In this document: positions 42,206 to 50,874 of the stretch, piece by piece
Position numbering within the stretch: position 1 is the stretch's first letter
Layout: each line of letters starts with the position of its first letter
Assembly (NCBI GenBank): GCA_963528045.1
Contig: CAURUA010000002.1
Span: forward strand, 1,116 to 65,115
Reading direction: 5' to 3'
Origin: an uncultured Campylobacter sp.
GTDB taxonomy: Bacteria; Campylobacterota; Campylobacteria; Campylobacterales; Campylobacteraceae
Length of the DNA: 64,000 nucleotides
The notes under the pieces: generated by a model
Databases searched by the model: none
What the model was told of the DNA's origin: nothing
What the model saw: only the letters and a program-made list of their open reading frames with translations
Translations under genes and position numbers: made by a program

Positions 42206-42636
42206 GTCCCATTTTTAGGGATTTGATTTTCGGACTTTTCTTAAATTTAAAACCCCGAATTTAGCGCACTTTTATATTCTATTAAGCTTTAAAATGTCCG
42301 CAAAGCTTAAATTTCGCTCACACCAAAAACCCTTTCTCGGACTTCCGCTATTTAGCCTATTTTTAAAGCCCCATTTTTAGGGCTTTTTACGTTTGCGGAA
42401 TTTAGCAGAAATTCGAAAAAGCCTAAAATTTTAATTTTTGCGTTTAGATTTTCGGACTTTTGCGCTTGCGCAAAGACGCTTAAATCCACACTTTTAAGCC
42501 TGCCTTAAGCAAAAACTTCGAAATTTGAAATTAATTTTTCGCCCCTTTCTCGGACTTTTTCGCGTTTTGTGATATAATGGCGCTCGCAAATAGTTCTTTA
42601 AAAACTCATTGTCAATTTTAATGCGGTTTTTGGGCT
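42206..42636 (+). promoter_or_regulatory. CRISPR leader with extended -10 promoter
   Basis: AT-rich non-coding stretch; TGATATAAT at 42570-42578; repeated TCGGACTT motifs. Confidence 0.8.
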
Positions 42637-43816
42637 ATTTGATTAGAATTTCCCCGATCTAGGGGATTGAAACCTGTAAACGACCGCCTCCATAAACAGT
42701 CTTAATGCCATATTTGATTAGAATTTCCCCGATCTAGGGGATTGAAACACTTCCTTACTGAGAACGTCGAAAAAACGTTACCCGAACCGGATTTGATTAG
42801 AATTTCCCCGATCTAGGGGATTGAAACTATCATCTAGTATGCTAGTAATGAAGTCTAGGTCTAGGCTAATTTGATTAGAATTTCCCCGATCTAGGGGATT
42901 GAAACAGAAACATACTAAGCATAGTAAACTCCTTGAATTAATTTCATTTGATTAGAATTTCCCCGATCTAGGGGATTGAAACGCCGGTTTTCATAAACTC
43001 CTTAACGACTGAAGCGATAGGAAATTTGATTAGAATTTCCCCGATCTAGGGGATTGAAACAACCTTGTTGTTGATAGCCGCCATTCTGCTGGTTTTGAGG
43101 AGAATTTGATTAGAATTTCCCCGATCTAGGGGATTGAAACAAATCTTCTATGATTTTACCAGCTTTGGTGAAGCCATAGATTTGATTAGAATTTCCCCGA
43201 TCTAGGGGATTGAAACCTTTTATTCAAAACCTTTGCAGCTTCCACAGAAGCTCATTTGATTAGAATTTCCCCGATCTAGGGGATTGAAACGAAAAATGGA
43301 ATTCCCGCTCAAGATGCAACTCATCGAGCATTTGATTAGAATTTCCCCGATCTAGGGGATTGAAACAACCAGCTCTGTTTTTGAGCTTTGAATTACTTAG
43401 ATCGCATTTATTTGATTAGAATTTCCCCGATCTAGGGGATTGAAACGAGCTGACTTCCTTAGAATGATAGAATCTAAGCAGAGCTTTAATTTGATTAGAA
43501 TTTCCCCGATCTAGGGGATTGAAACACAACTAGTTATTGTCTTTCCATATTAGAGTTAGCCAGTTCTTTATTTGATTAGAATTTCCCCGATCTAGGGGAT
43601 TGAAACCTCCTACTCCACTCTAGTCTAGTCTCCCAGTTACTCTTATATTTGATTAGAATTTCCCCGATCTAGGGGATTGAAACTTACCTCACATTGAGGT
43701 ATCAGCGACAAATACGATGGTGCAATTTGATTAGAATTTCCCCGATCTAGGGGATTGGGACAAACGGGTTTTGCCTCGGATAATGCTGTGTGATCACGCT
43801 GATTTGATTAAATTTC
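42637..43816 (+). CRISPR. CRISPR array: 37-nt repeat ATTTGATTAGAATTTCCCCGATCTAGGGGATTGAAAC, 14 perfect + 1 variant repeat + terminal remnant, 15 spacers of 37-44 nt
   Basis: Repeats start at 42637, 42712, 42791, 42869, 42946, 43024, 43104, 43180, 43254, 43330, 43410, 43489, 43570, 43647 and 43725 (ends GGGAC). Remnant ATTTGATTAAATTTC at 43802. CCCC/GGGG stem and ATTGAAAC 3' end. Confidence 0.99.
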
Positions 43817-43864
43817 AAGATATACAACTAAAATTTAATGGATTTTTTAAAAGCACTCCGTAAA

Positions 43865-43909
43865 TTGACAGAATTTGACAACTAAACTCCCTATAATCAC
43901 GCCCAAAGT
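43865..43909 (+). promoter_or_regulatory. Promoter copy 1: TTGACAGAATTTGACA-N11-TATAAT
   Basis: Tandem TTGACA at 43865 and 43875, TATAAT at 43892; 32/45 gapless identity with 45601-45645. Confidence 0.7.
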
Positions 43910-43983
43910 TGATATGGCGGGTTTGAATTCTATGAATAATTTTGTTATTTTTCGAAAAAGAATTTTAAAACAAAGGAGAAAGT

Positions 43984-44589
43984 ATGAAAATTTTGTTTAA
44001 AGTGTTTTTGCTTGGTTTGATCGGAGTTATGTTTTCCGGTTGTTTTATCGTAATGCCGCCTGATAAAGAAACGGTAATGGCTCAGCAGCTAGATGTTTGG
44101 TGTATCCTTAGAGAGAATAAGGATAAGGAAAGATATGAGGAATCTATACGTAAAGCAAAGTCGTTCCTTGATAAAGATAAGTATGGAGATAGAGTTCAAA
44201 TAGCTCCGAGAGGAGAGTATAGCGTTTCGCTATTAGATAGAGCTTTTAGTGGTGACAATCACCCGGGACTATACTGGCGTGAGTATGGTTTGGTATATAA
44301 GCCGATAACTTGCGACAGAGAAAATAAAAAGCTTAACATGGTTGTAGAAATCACACCTCATAAAGTTAAAGCTCAGAATGAGAAAGATGGAAAAAACGAA
44401 GACGCTTATACCTTTATTAACTTTTTAAAAGAGCGAACGGCTCAATTGCTTTATTCCTCTAAGGAGATCGGAGAGCTAATGGAGTTAGGCTCATCACTCG
44501 ATTTAATTTTTATTGATTATGAAACAAGGAAAGAGATCGATAAAAGTACTTATGATTTTGCGGGTTACAAAGCGTATAATGAAAAGTAG
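43984..44589 (+). CDS. Uncharacterised lipoprotein
   Basis: AAGGAG RBS; signal peptide II MKILFKVFLLGLIGVMFSG-C. Confidence 0.8.
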   Translation: MKILFKVFLLGLIGVMFSGCFIVMPPDKETVMAQQLDVWCILRENKDKERYEESIRKAKSFLDKDKYGDRVQIAPRGEYSVSLLDRAFSGDNHPGLYWREYGLVYKPITCDRENKKLNMVVEITPHKVKAQNEKDGKNEDAYTFINFLKERTAQLLYSSKEIGELMELGSSLDLIFIDYETRKEIDKSTYDFAGYKAYNEK

Positions 44590-44753
44590 GTATAAGTTCA
44601 ACTACCTGACAAGTGATTATCGAGTATTCGCCGCGAGAATTAAATAAGATAGCTAATTTTTGCTTTGCTTCAATTGGAAAGCGATGTGACAGATAGAATA
44701 ACCGGCTTTTCAAATTACCCGATTGTTTGTAAATTTAAAGGAAGGAAAATGTT

Positions 44754-45407
44754 ATGAGAACACTGTTTTTAGTATTAATTGCTCTATTTTTAATAGGATG
44801 TGTAGAACCGGACCCGGAAAGCTACTATGGAAGGGTTAATAGAAAAGATGAGTTTACGAGCAACTTTCAAAGCAGAAGGCTTGCTAACGAGCTAATCGTC
44901 TTATTTGATATGGGCGAAAAATCTCAATATGGAAACGATTACTTTGATAATTCGCTTAAGATAGCCGATTACGAAAACGATGTAAAGCTTTCAGAAGTTA
45001 AAAGCTTTTTAGCTTCAAAAGGAGCTGCGCCGTTACGCGTTTATGAACGTGCGGTTAAAAGTAGCGGCAAGAATAAGTTTAAGAGATATTCGGGCAGGCT
45101 GAATGCCGAAGTCGCTTCTCTCGTTCCTTTCGACACTCAGTTTCGAAAGGCGCAAAAGAACTGCTTTGATGGCACTTCCCTATGCTTATTTAACGAATTT
45201 CCTTTGCTAACCGAAACGGATGTGGAAGGAGATATGGCTTCAATGATGATAAATTTTGTTGAAGTAAAATCGGCTTTCAATAACTATCAAGATGGCTTTA
45301 CGCCAGTAAAGATCATCATCCATACCGCAACTTATACCGGTGCGAAGCTCAACGCTATCTTAAGTAAAATTCCGAAAAAAGCATTTGAAAATAATGAGTT
45401 AAACTAA
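44754..45407 (+). CDS. Uncharacterised lipoprotein
   Basis: AAGGA RBS; signal peptide II MRTLFLVLIALFLIG-C; Cys pair CFDGTSLC. Confidence 0.8.
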   Translation: MRTLFLVLIALFLIGCVEPDPESYYGRVNRKDEFTSNFQSRRLANELIVLFDMGEKSQYGNDYFDNSLKIADYENDVKLSEVKSFLASKGAAPLRVYERAVKSSGKNKFKRYSGRLNAEVASLVPFDTQFRKAQKNCFDGTSLCLFNEFPLLTETDVEGDMASMMINFVEVKSAFNNYQDGFTPVKIIIHTATYTGAKLNAILSKIPKKAFENNELN

Positions 45408-45484
45408 ATAAGAGAGTCGGATGAATGAGCTAGAATGGCTCAATAAATATGGCTTTTGCTAGGAATGATTTTAGGTGGCGAGGG

Positions 45485-45573
45485 ATTCGGTTAGAATTTC
45501 CCCGATATAGGGGATTGGTTTCTCTTTACATACAAAATTTTCAATCTATCCTCCTGATTTAATTAAAATTTCC
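45485..45573 (+). CRISPR. Degenerate mini-array (repeat - 35-nt spacer - half repeat)
   Basis: ATTCGGTTAGAATTTCCCCGATATAGGGGATTGGTTT (30/37 to consensus, stem intact), spacer 45522-45556, then ATTTAATTAAAATTTCC (15/17 to the repeat 5' half). Confidence 0.75.
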
Positions 45574-45600
45574 ATCTCATTTTTCAAGGTTTCCCCTTGG

Positions 45601-45645
45601 CTGACAGAATCTGACACTATGGCTCACTATAATTGCGTTCAAAGT
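45601..45645 (+). promoter_or_regulatory. Promoter copy 2: CTGACAGAATCTGACA-N11-TATAAT
   Basis: Same geometry as 43865-43909, including CAAAGT 6 nt after the -10. Confidence 0.7.
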
Positions 45646-45685
45646 CGGAGGTAAAACGCCGACGAGATCAATTAAAGGGGTTGTA

Positions 45686-45858
45686 ATGAAAAAGATTGCG
45701 TTGTCGCTAGCAGCGGCTGGAGTTATGAGTGGCGCTTTAGCGCAAGAGGTGCCGAATTAGCCAATATCGCACCGAGCAATTACGGCTCGTACGTCCCTAC
45801 GCTTAATTTTTACGTCAAAGGCAAGGATATAACGAACAGTGCGTCTTTTGCGATTTGA
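45686..45858 (+). pseudogene. Remnant of an exported-protein gene
   Basis: RBS AAAGGGG. MKKIALSLAAAGVMSGALA-QEVPN* (45686-45760) is a clean Sec signal peptide; a shifted frame continues AELANIAPSNYGSYVPTLNFYVKGKDITNSASFAI*. Confidence 0.55.
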
Positions 45859-45937
45859 AGGAGATCTATTTTATATTACTTTTATTAAAAATAGGTGCGA
45901 GAAGTAAATATATTTTAAGCAAATAAAAAATAATCTA

Positions 45938-45946
45938 TGCTAAAAT
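45938..45946 (+). promoter_or_regulatory. Extended -10 upstream of cas10
   Basis: TGCTAAAAT 27 nt before the cas10 ATG; AGGAG RBS. Confidence 0.55.
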
Positions 45947-45973
45947 ATCAAAAATTAATAGATAGGAGTATAA

Positions 45974-47605
45974 ATGGCGAAATACCTTTACGGCGCGAGT
46001 ATCCAGGGTATACAAGAGTATATTTACGCCACGAACAAGTTGCAAGAGATCATCGGTGCCAGCGAAATAATAGATTCGCTCAGACAAAAATTTGATGAAA
46101 AAAAGGATTACGGCGAGATATACGCTGTTTTTGATAAACTAAGAGAAAACGACTTAGTGGAGCAAATTTTGCTTAACGCGGCGGGAAATTTTAGAGCGAT
46201 TGTAGATGGCGAGGAAAATTTAAAAAAGATCGTCAGGGATCTGCCTAAAAAGATAATGCAAAATGCTTACGGCATTACCATTTCTCAGGCTACCGCTCCT
46301 TATAATGACAACGACTACGAAACGGCGTCGAAAGAGCTTGAACAAAAGCTAAAAACTCAGCGCAACCGCCCGAGCTTGCCGCTTGATATGAGTATAAATT
46401 TTATGGCTCTTGCACCGAAAACGGCGCGACCTATCGTGAAATTTGACGACGCCTTAGATATATCGTGCGATCAAAAGAGGAAGGCGCACGGAAGGTGGGC
46501 TGAAAAACGCCGCAAAGAATATGAGGAAAAATGTAAAAAATGCATAGGGCCAGAGGAGTCCGACAAAATTCCATTCTTAGAATTGAAAGAATTCAGCGAG
46601 ATTTCAAACGATAAGAATAAACTAGCCGTTATCCACGCAGACGGCAACGGGCTTGGCGTGCTGGTTAAAAATCTAACGGACGAAGTAAAAAATACGGGCA
46701 AATTAGACGTGATAGCTAATTTTTCAAAAGCGCTTGATAATGCTACGAAAGATGCTTACGAAAATGCCATAGCAAAAACCAAGGAAGTTTTCGGCAAAGA
46801 TGATCTAAAGATAAAAGCGCTAATTTTAAGCGGCGACGATATGACGGCGGTTTGCGATGCAGACATAGCGTTAGAATTTACTAAAAATTTCATCGAGGGA
46901 TTTGAAAAGGAAACGGACAATAAAAAGCCCGATATAAAGGAAAAGCTCACGATGTGTGCGGGGATTGCTTATTGTAACGAAAAATTCCCATTTCATTATG
47001 CGGCAGGCCTAGCCGAGGAGCTTTGCGGTGCGGCGAAAAAGCATAGCAAGGATCGCTACGTAAATGATGCCGAAAAAGACATAGCGCCAAGCTGCTTAAT
47101 GTTTCATAATATCCAGAGCTCAAATTTTCAAAGCTGGGATAAATTTATAAAAGATGAACTGACGATCGGGGGCGAAAAAGAAGGATGCGCGGCCGATGGC
47201 AAAAACACTAGCGAAATCAGATGCGATTTCGGACCTTATTATTTAGGCGATACGAACAAATCAAAAAGCGAGCCAAAGGTAGAAAATTTTGTAAATTTAG
47301 TCGAAATGTATCGCGGCGAAAAAAGCCCCAAGGGCAAACTGCGAGAGTGGATAAAGGAGCTCGGTATAAACGATAGATTAGCCAAAGTTATGCTTGATAG
47401 AATAAATGAAATTCTAGAAAACAAAAGTGAATTCGATAAGGCTCTGAAGGCTCTTTACGGCGAGTTGTCGTGCGGAAATTTGATTTTAGAAAAGGACGGA
47501 GCGCAAAAAACGCCGATTTATGACGTATTGCAATTTCTCTCCGTTACTTCGAGCACAGAAGATAAAAAAGCGGAGGGCAAAAATGACGATAAATTACGAG
47601 CTTAA
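45974..47605 (+). CDS. cas10: Cas10, short HD-less form
   Basis: SIQGIQEYIY...IGAS palm-1, AVIHADGNGLG, ILSGDD cyclase motif, CAGIAY...FPF; no N-terminal HD domain. Confidence 0.92.
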   Translation: MAKYLYGASIQGIQEYIYATNKLQEIIGASEIIDSLRQKFDEKKDYGEIYAVFDKLRENDLVEQILLNAAGNFRAIVDGEENLKKIVRDLPKKIMQNAYGITISQATAPYNDNDYETASKELEQKLKTQRNRPSLPLDMSINFMALAPKTARPIVKFDDALDISCDQKRKAHGRWAEKRRKEYEEKCKKCIGPEESDKIPFLELKEFSEISNDKNKLAVIHADGNGLGVLVKNLTDEVKNTGKLDVIANFSKALDNATKDAYENAIAKTKEVFGKDDLKIKALILSGDDMTAVCDADIALEFTKNFIEGFEKETDNKKPDIKEKLTMCAGIAYCNEKFPFHYAAGLAEELCGAAKKHSKDRYVNDAEKDIAPSCLMFHNIQSSNFQSWDKFIKDELTIGGEKEGCAADGKNTSEIRCDFGPYYLGDTNKSKSEPKVENFVNLVEMYRGEKSPKGKLREWIKELGINDRLAKVMLDRINEILENKSEFDKALKALYGELSCGNLILEKDGAQKTPIYDVLQFLSVTSSTEDKKAEGKNDDKLRA

Positions 47606-48137
47606 ATTTTTCGACTACTGGCACGTCAGCAGCGGCCTTAGCGGCGGAGCAGCGCTTGATAGCTACGTGGTAAAAGACTCCGCAGGCTTTCCATATGTGC
47701 CAGGCAAAACCATAAAAGGACTCGTGCGTGAGGCGGCGGAGCTATTTTGGGATCAGGGCGATATAGATAAGTGCTTCGGTTCTAGAGGCAGCAAAGTGGA
47801 GCAAAAAGATAACGACGATACTACGCAGGCACAGTGTTATTTTAGCAGCGCTACGATAGATGAAAAAATCGCTGCCGAAATTACGTCAAATAACTTGCAG
47901 CGCAATCTTTTTGAAATCATTTCGGCTACCAAAATCGACGACAACGGCATTGCGGTAGATAATTCGCTAAGAGATATAGAGGTGGTTTTACCTATGAGTT
48001 TAAAAGGCGAGATAAGAAACGTAAACGACGAAATCGCGCAAAATTTAAAACGTGCGCTAGAGATGATAAAGCGGATGGGGCTAAACCGCAACCGAGGCCT
48101 CGGCAGATGCGAATTTAAAGTTAAGGAGCTACGATGA
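47583..48137 (+). CDS. Cas7-group RAMP (Csm3-like)
   Basis: WHVSSG...ALD, PYVPGKTIKGLVRE, MGLNRNRGLG; start at ATG 47583. Confidence 0.9.
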   Translation: MTINYELKFFDYWHVSSGLSGGAALDSYVVKDSAGFPYVPGKTIKGLVREAAELFWDQGDIDKCFGSRGSKVEQKDNDDTTQAQCYFSSATIDEKIAAEITSNNLQRNLFEIISATKIDDNGIAVDNSLRDIEVVLPMSLKGEIRNVNDEIAQNLKRALEMIKRMGLNRNRGLGRCEFKVKELR

Positions 48138-49534
48138 GAGAGCTTAGATTTGAGATAACTTTTAAAAGTCCCGTTATTTTGCAGGCAAGCTCCAATACGC
48201 AGGGCAAGATGAGCTCGCTTGATTTTATCCCGGGAAGTGCATTTTTGGGTATGGCGGCTAGCAGATACGGCGAGTTTAGCGATCCTTTTAAAATTTTTCA
48301 TAGCGGTGCGGTAAAATTTTGCGATGCCGCGCCGATCAAAGACGGCAAAGAATTTTTTAAAATTCCGTTTTCCTATTTTCACGAAAAGCTCGATAGCAGC
48401 AAAATTTATAACCACCATCTGTTATGCAAATATAAAGATGAGGAGCGGAACAAATTTGACGATTTTACCCAGCTAAAACAGATGCGAAGCGGCTATATAA
48501 ATGACAAAAAAGAAAAACTTAGCCTAAAATATGAATATTCTCAAAAAAGCGCCTACGATAAAGAAAAAAGACGCTCTATGGATAGTCAGATGTACGGCTA
48601 TGAGGCGTTTAGGGCCGGAATGAAATGGCGATTTAGCGTTAAATTTGAGCCTAGCGTGAGCGAAGACGACATCAGTCGCGCAAAAGAAACGCTAGAGCGC
48701 TCAACTAGGCTCGGCAAATCAAAAAGCGCCGAGTATGGGGCGGTAGAGATTAAATTTATAGGCGAAAATACGGATGAAATCCAAAGCTTTACGCCGCCTG
48801 AGGGATATACTTTCGTTTATGCCAAATCCCGTCTTGCGTTAATCGATGAAAACGGCAATCCGAGCTATGACGTAAAATATATTTTGCCAAGCTTGGACGC
48901 GAATAATGTCGATTATGAAAAGACGCAGATTAGAATTTCAAATTTCACCCCTTATAACGGCGCCCGTAGTACGAAAGACTACGAGCGAGCCTGCATAAAC
49001 AAAGGCAGCGTCATTGCTTTAAAGAATTTAAGTGCCGAGCAGATAGCCGCGCTAAAAAACGGCGTCGGAGCGTATTTGAGCGAGGGTTTTGGCCAAGTGC
49101 TGATAAATCCGTGGTTTTTAGACGGCGGTGACGCGAAGAATAACCCGATAGAATTCCAAAAAGAAGCGCAGACTGAACGCTTGATTAAAGAAATACCGAT
49201 GCAAAGTGATTTGGCTAAATTTTTAAAACAAAAGCAGACCATGAAAGACCAAGCTCTTGAAATAGCCGAGAGGGTGGCTGATTTTATAGAAAGCCATAAA
49301 GATAAATTTAGCAAAATTTCAAAATCGCAATGGGGCGCAATAAGGGCGCTTTGTAAATCAAGCGCAGATATTCAAAAAGATGTGGGTGAATTTATAGGCG
49401 AAGGTGTTGAAAAAGATAAATGGAGCGACGCAAAAGAAACGCTCCTAGAAGCTATTGAAAAAAGTAGAGACCCGCTTAAATTTGCTCTACTTTTATCAAT
49501 GCAAATGCCAAAAATCACAGGAGAAAAGCAATGA
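48134..49534 (+). CDS. Cas5-group RAMP (Csx10-like) with probable C-terminal small-subunit (Cas11-like) domain
   Basis: DFIPGSAFLG, LGKSKSAEYG, GVGAYLSEGFG, then a ~110-aa helical tail with ISKSQWGAIR. Confidence 0.8.
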   Translation: MRELRFEITFKSPVILQASSNTQGKMSSLDFIPGSAFLGMAASRYGEFSDPFKIFHSGAVKFCDAAPIKDGKEFFKIPFSYFHEKLDSSKIYNHHLLCKYKDEERNKFDDFTQLKQMRSGYINDKKEKLSLKYEYSQKSAYDKEKRRSMDSQMYGYEAFRAGMKWRFSVKFEPSVSEDDISRAKETLERSTRLGKSKSAEYGAVEIKFIGENTDEIQSFTPPEGYTFVYAKSRLALIDENGNPSYDVKYILPSLDANNVDYEKTQIRISNFTPYNGARSTKDYERACINKGSVIALKNLSAEQIAALKNGVGAYLSEGFGQVLINPWFLDGGDAKNNPIEFQKEAQTERLIKEIPMQSDLAKFLKQKQTMKDQALEIAERVADFIESHKDKFSKISKSQWGAIRALCKSSADIQKDVGEFIGEGVEKDKWSDAKETLLEAIEKSRDPLKFALLLSMQMPKITGEKQ

Positions 49535-50874
49535 AAAGATTTTTAGCGCACGTCGTCATAGAAGCCAAAACTCCGTTAAAAGTCGGCGGCGGCAAAAATG
49601 ATCTATTTTTGGATGCACCGGTGCAAAGAGATTGGAACGGCTTGCCGATGATTTTAGGCACTTCGGTTGCAGGGATTTTGCGCAGGGCGTTTGAAGATCG
49701 CAAGGGCGAAGATGATACAAATGAAATTTTCGGTACGAAAGACGAACAAGATCCAAATAAACAAAAAGGCTCAAGACTAATTATCTCAAACGCTCTGTTG
49801 CTCGTCGATAAGCATAACAAGGTTTGCGAAGAGTTGCTTTTAGAAAAGAGCGAGTTTTTGCGACTTTTTGATATTTTGCCTATTAGAGATCATGTAGCCA
49901 TAGGCGCGAACGGCGCAGCGAAAGATGCAGGCAAATTTGACGAAGAAGTCGTATTTAAAGGCACTAGATTTAAATTCTCGCTTGAGCTTGACGGAAGCGA
50001 AGAGGAGTTTAAGAAAATTTTAAATTTGCTTTGTGATCCTACGCTAAGGCTTGGCGGCGGAAGCTCGAAAGGCTTTGGCTCGCTTGGAATTTCAGAGATA
50101 AAATGGGGCGAGTTTGAGCCGGACAGATACTCTAACAGTTTAAATTTTAGCTCCAATGGGTTTGCGAAATTTACGCCCGATAGCGCAGCGGACGGTAATT
50201 TGAAAAGACATATCAGATACGAACTTAAAATTTCACCCGATGATTTCTTTATGTTTGGAAGCGGTTTTGGCGACAAGGATGCGGATCAAACGCCGGTGCT
50301 TGAGAGCGTGATAGACTATGAAAACAAATGCCTCAGCAAACGTAAAATTCTAATCCCGGTAAGTTCAGTAAAAGGCGCATTATCGCACCGAACGGCGTTT
50401 CATTTTAATAAAATCAATAAACAATTCGGTGAAAAAGCCAAGGTCGGCAGTGAAAACGAAGCCGTAAGGGAAATTTTCGGCTACGAAAAGAATAAAAACA
50501 ATAAAGGCGCCAAAGGCAAAATTTTAATCAGTGATTGCTTTTTGGATTACGACGAAGCAAAAGATATGAAGGTCTTCGAACACGTTAGCATCGACCGCTT
50601 CACGGGCGGCGCGATAGACAGCGCCTTATTTCAAGAAAAGGCAGTCGCAAAAAGAGACGAATTTATAATAGAAATTTTGCTTAGAAACGACGTGTGCGGT
50701 GACAAAGAGAAAGAAAAAACTTTTAATAATGCATTAGAGGCTTTTGAGGCGACTTTAGACGACGTAGTCGAAGGGCGCTTGTCGCTTGGTGGAGCAACCA
50801 CAAAAGGGTATGGATTTTTCAAAGGCAAGGCCTTAAAATACAACGAAGGACGGATCGAAAATGAAAAAAAATAG
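49531..50874 (+). CDS. Tandem Cas7-Cas7 RAMP
   Basis: Two RAMP units: TPLKVGGG...GTSVAGILR...LGGGSSKGFG and FMFGSG...SSVKGAL...HVSIDRFTGG...LGGATTKGYG. Confidence 0.88.
   Translation: MKRFLAHVVIEAKTPLKVGGGKNDLFLDAPVQRDWNGLPMILGTSVAGILRRAFEDRKGEDDTNEIFGTKDEQDPNKQKGSRLIISNALLLVDKHNKVCEELLLEKSEFLRLFDILPIRDHVAIGANGAAKDAGKFDEEVVFKGTRFKFSLELDGSEEEFKKILNLLCDPTLRLGGGSSKGFGSLGISEIKWGEFEPDRYSNSLNFSSNGFAKFTPDSAADGNLKRHIRYELKISPDDFFMFGSGFGDKDADQTPVLESVIDYENKCLSKRKILIPVSSVKGALSHRTAFHFNKINKQFGEKAKVGSENEAVREIFGYEKNKNNKGAKGKILISDCFLDYDEAKDMKVFEHVSIDRFTGGAIDSALFQEKAVAKRDEFIIEILLRNDVCGDKEKEKTFNNALEAFEATLDDVVEGRLSLGGATTKGYGFFKGKALKYNEGRIENEKK

Noticed and set aside
42906..42945. Self-targeting of spacer 4 to 57213 (ATGCTTAGTAT)
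   Set aside because: Only an 11-nt match with non-matching flanks; expected by chance.
43291..43329. Spacer 9 similarity to GGAATTCCCGCT near 12822
   Set aside because: About 12 nt only; no extended match.
45493..45556. 17-codon minus-strand ORF with AGGAGG RBS crossing the degenerate repeat (MKILYVKRNQSPISGKF)
   Set aside because: More simply explained as a spacer taken from a gene start; no promoter or conservation evidence for a peptide.
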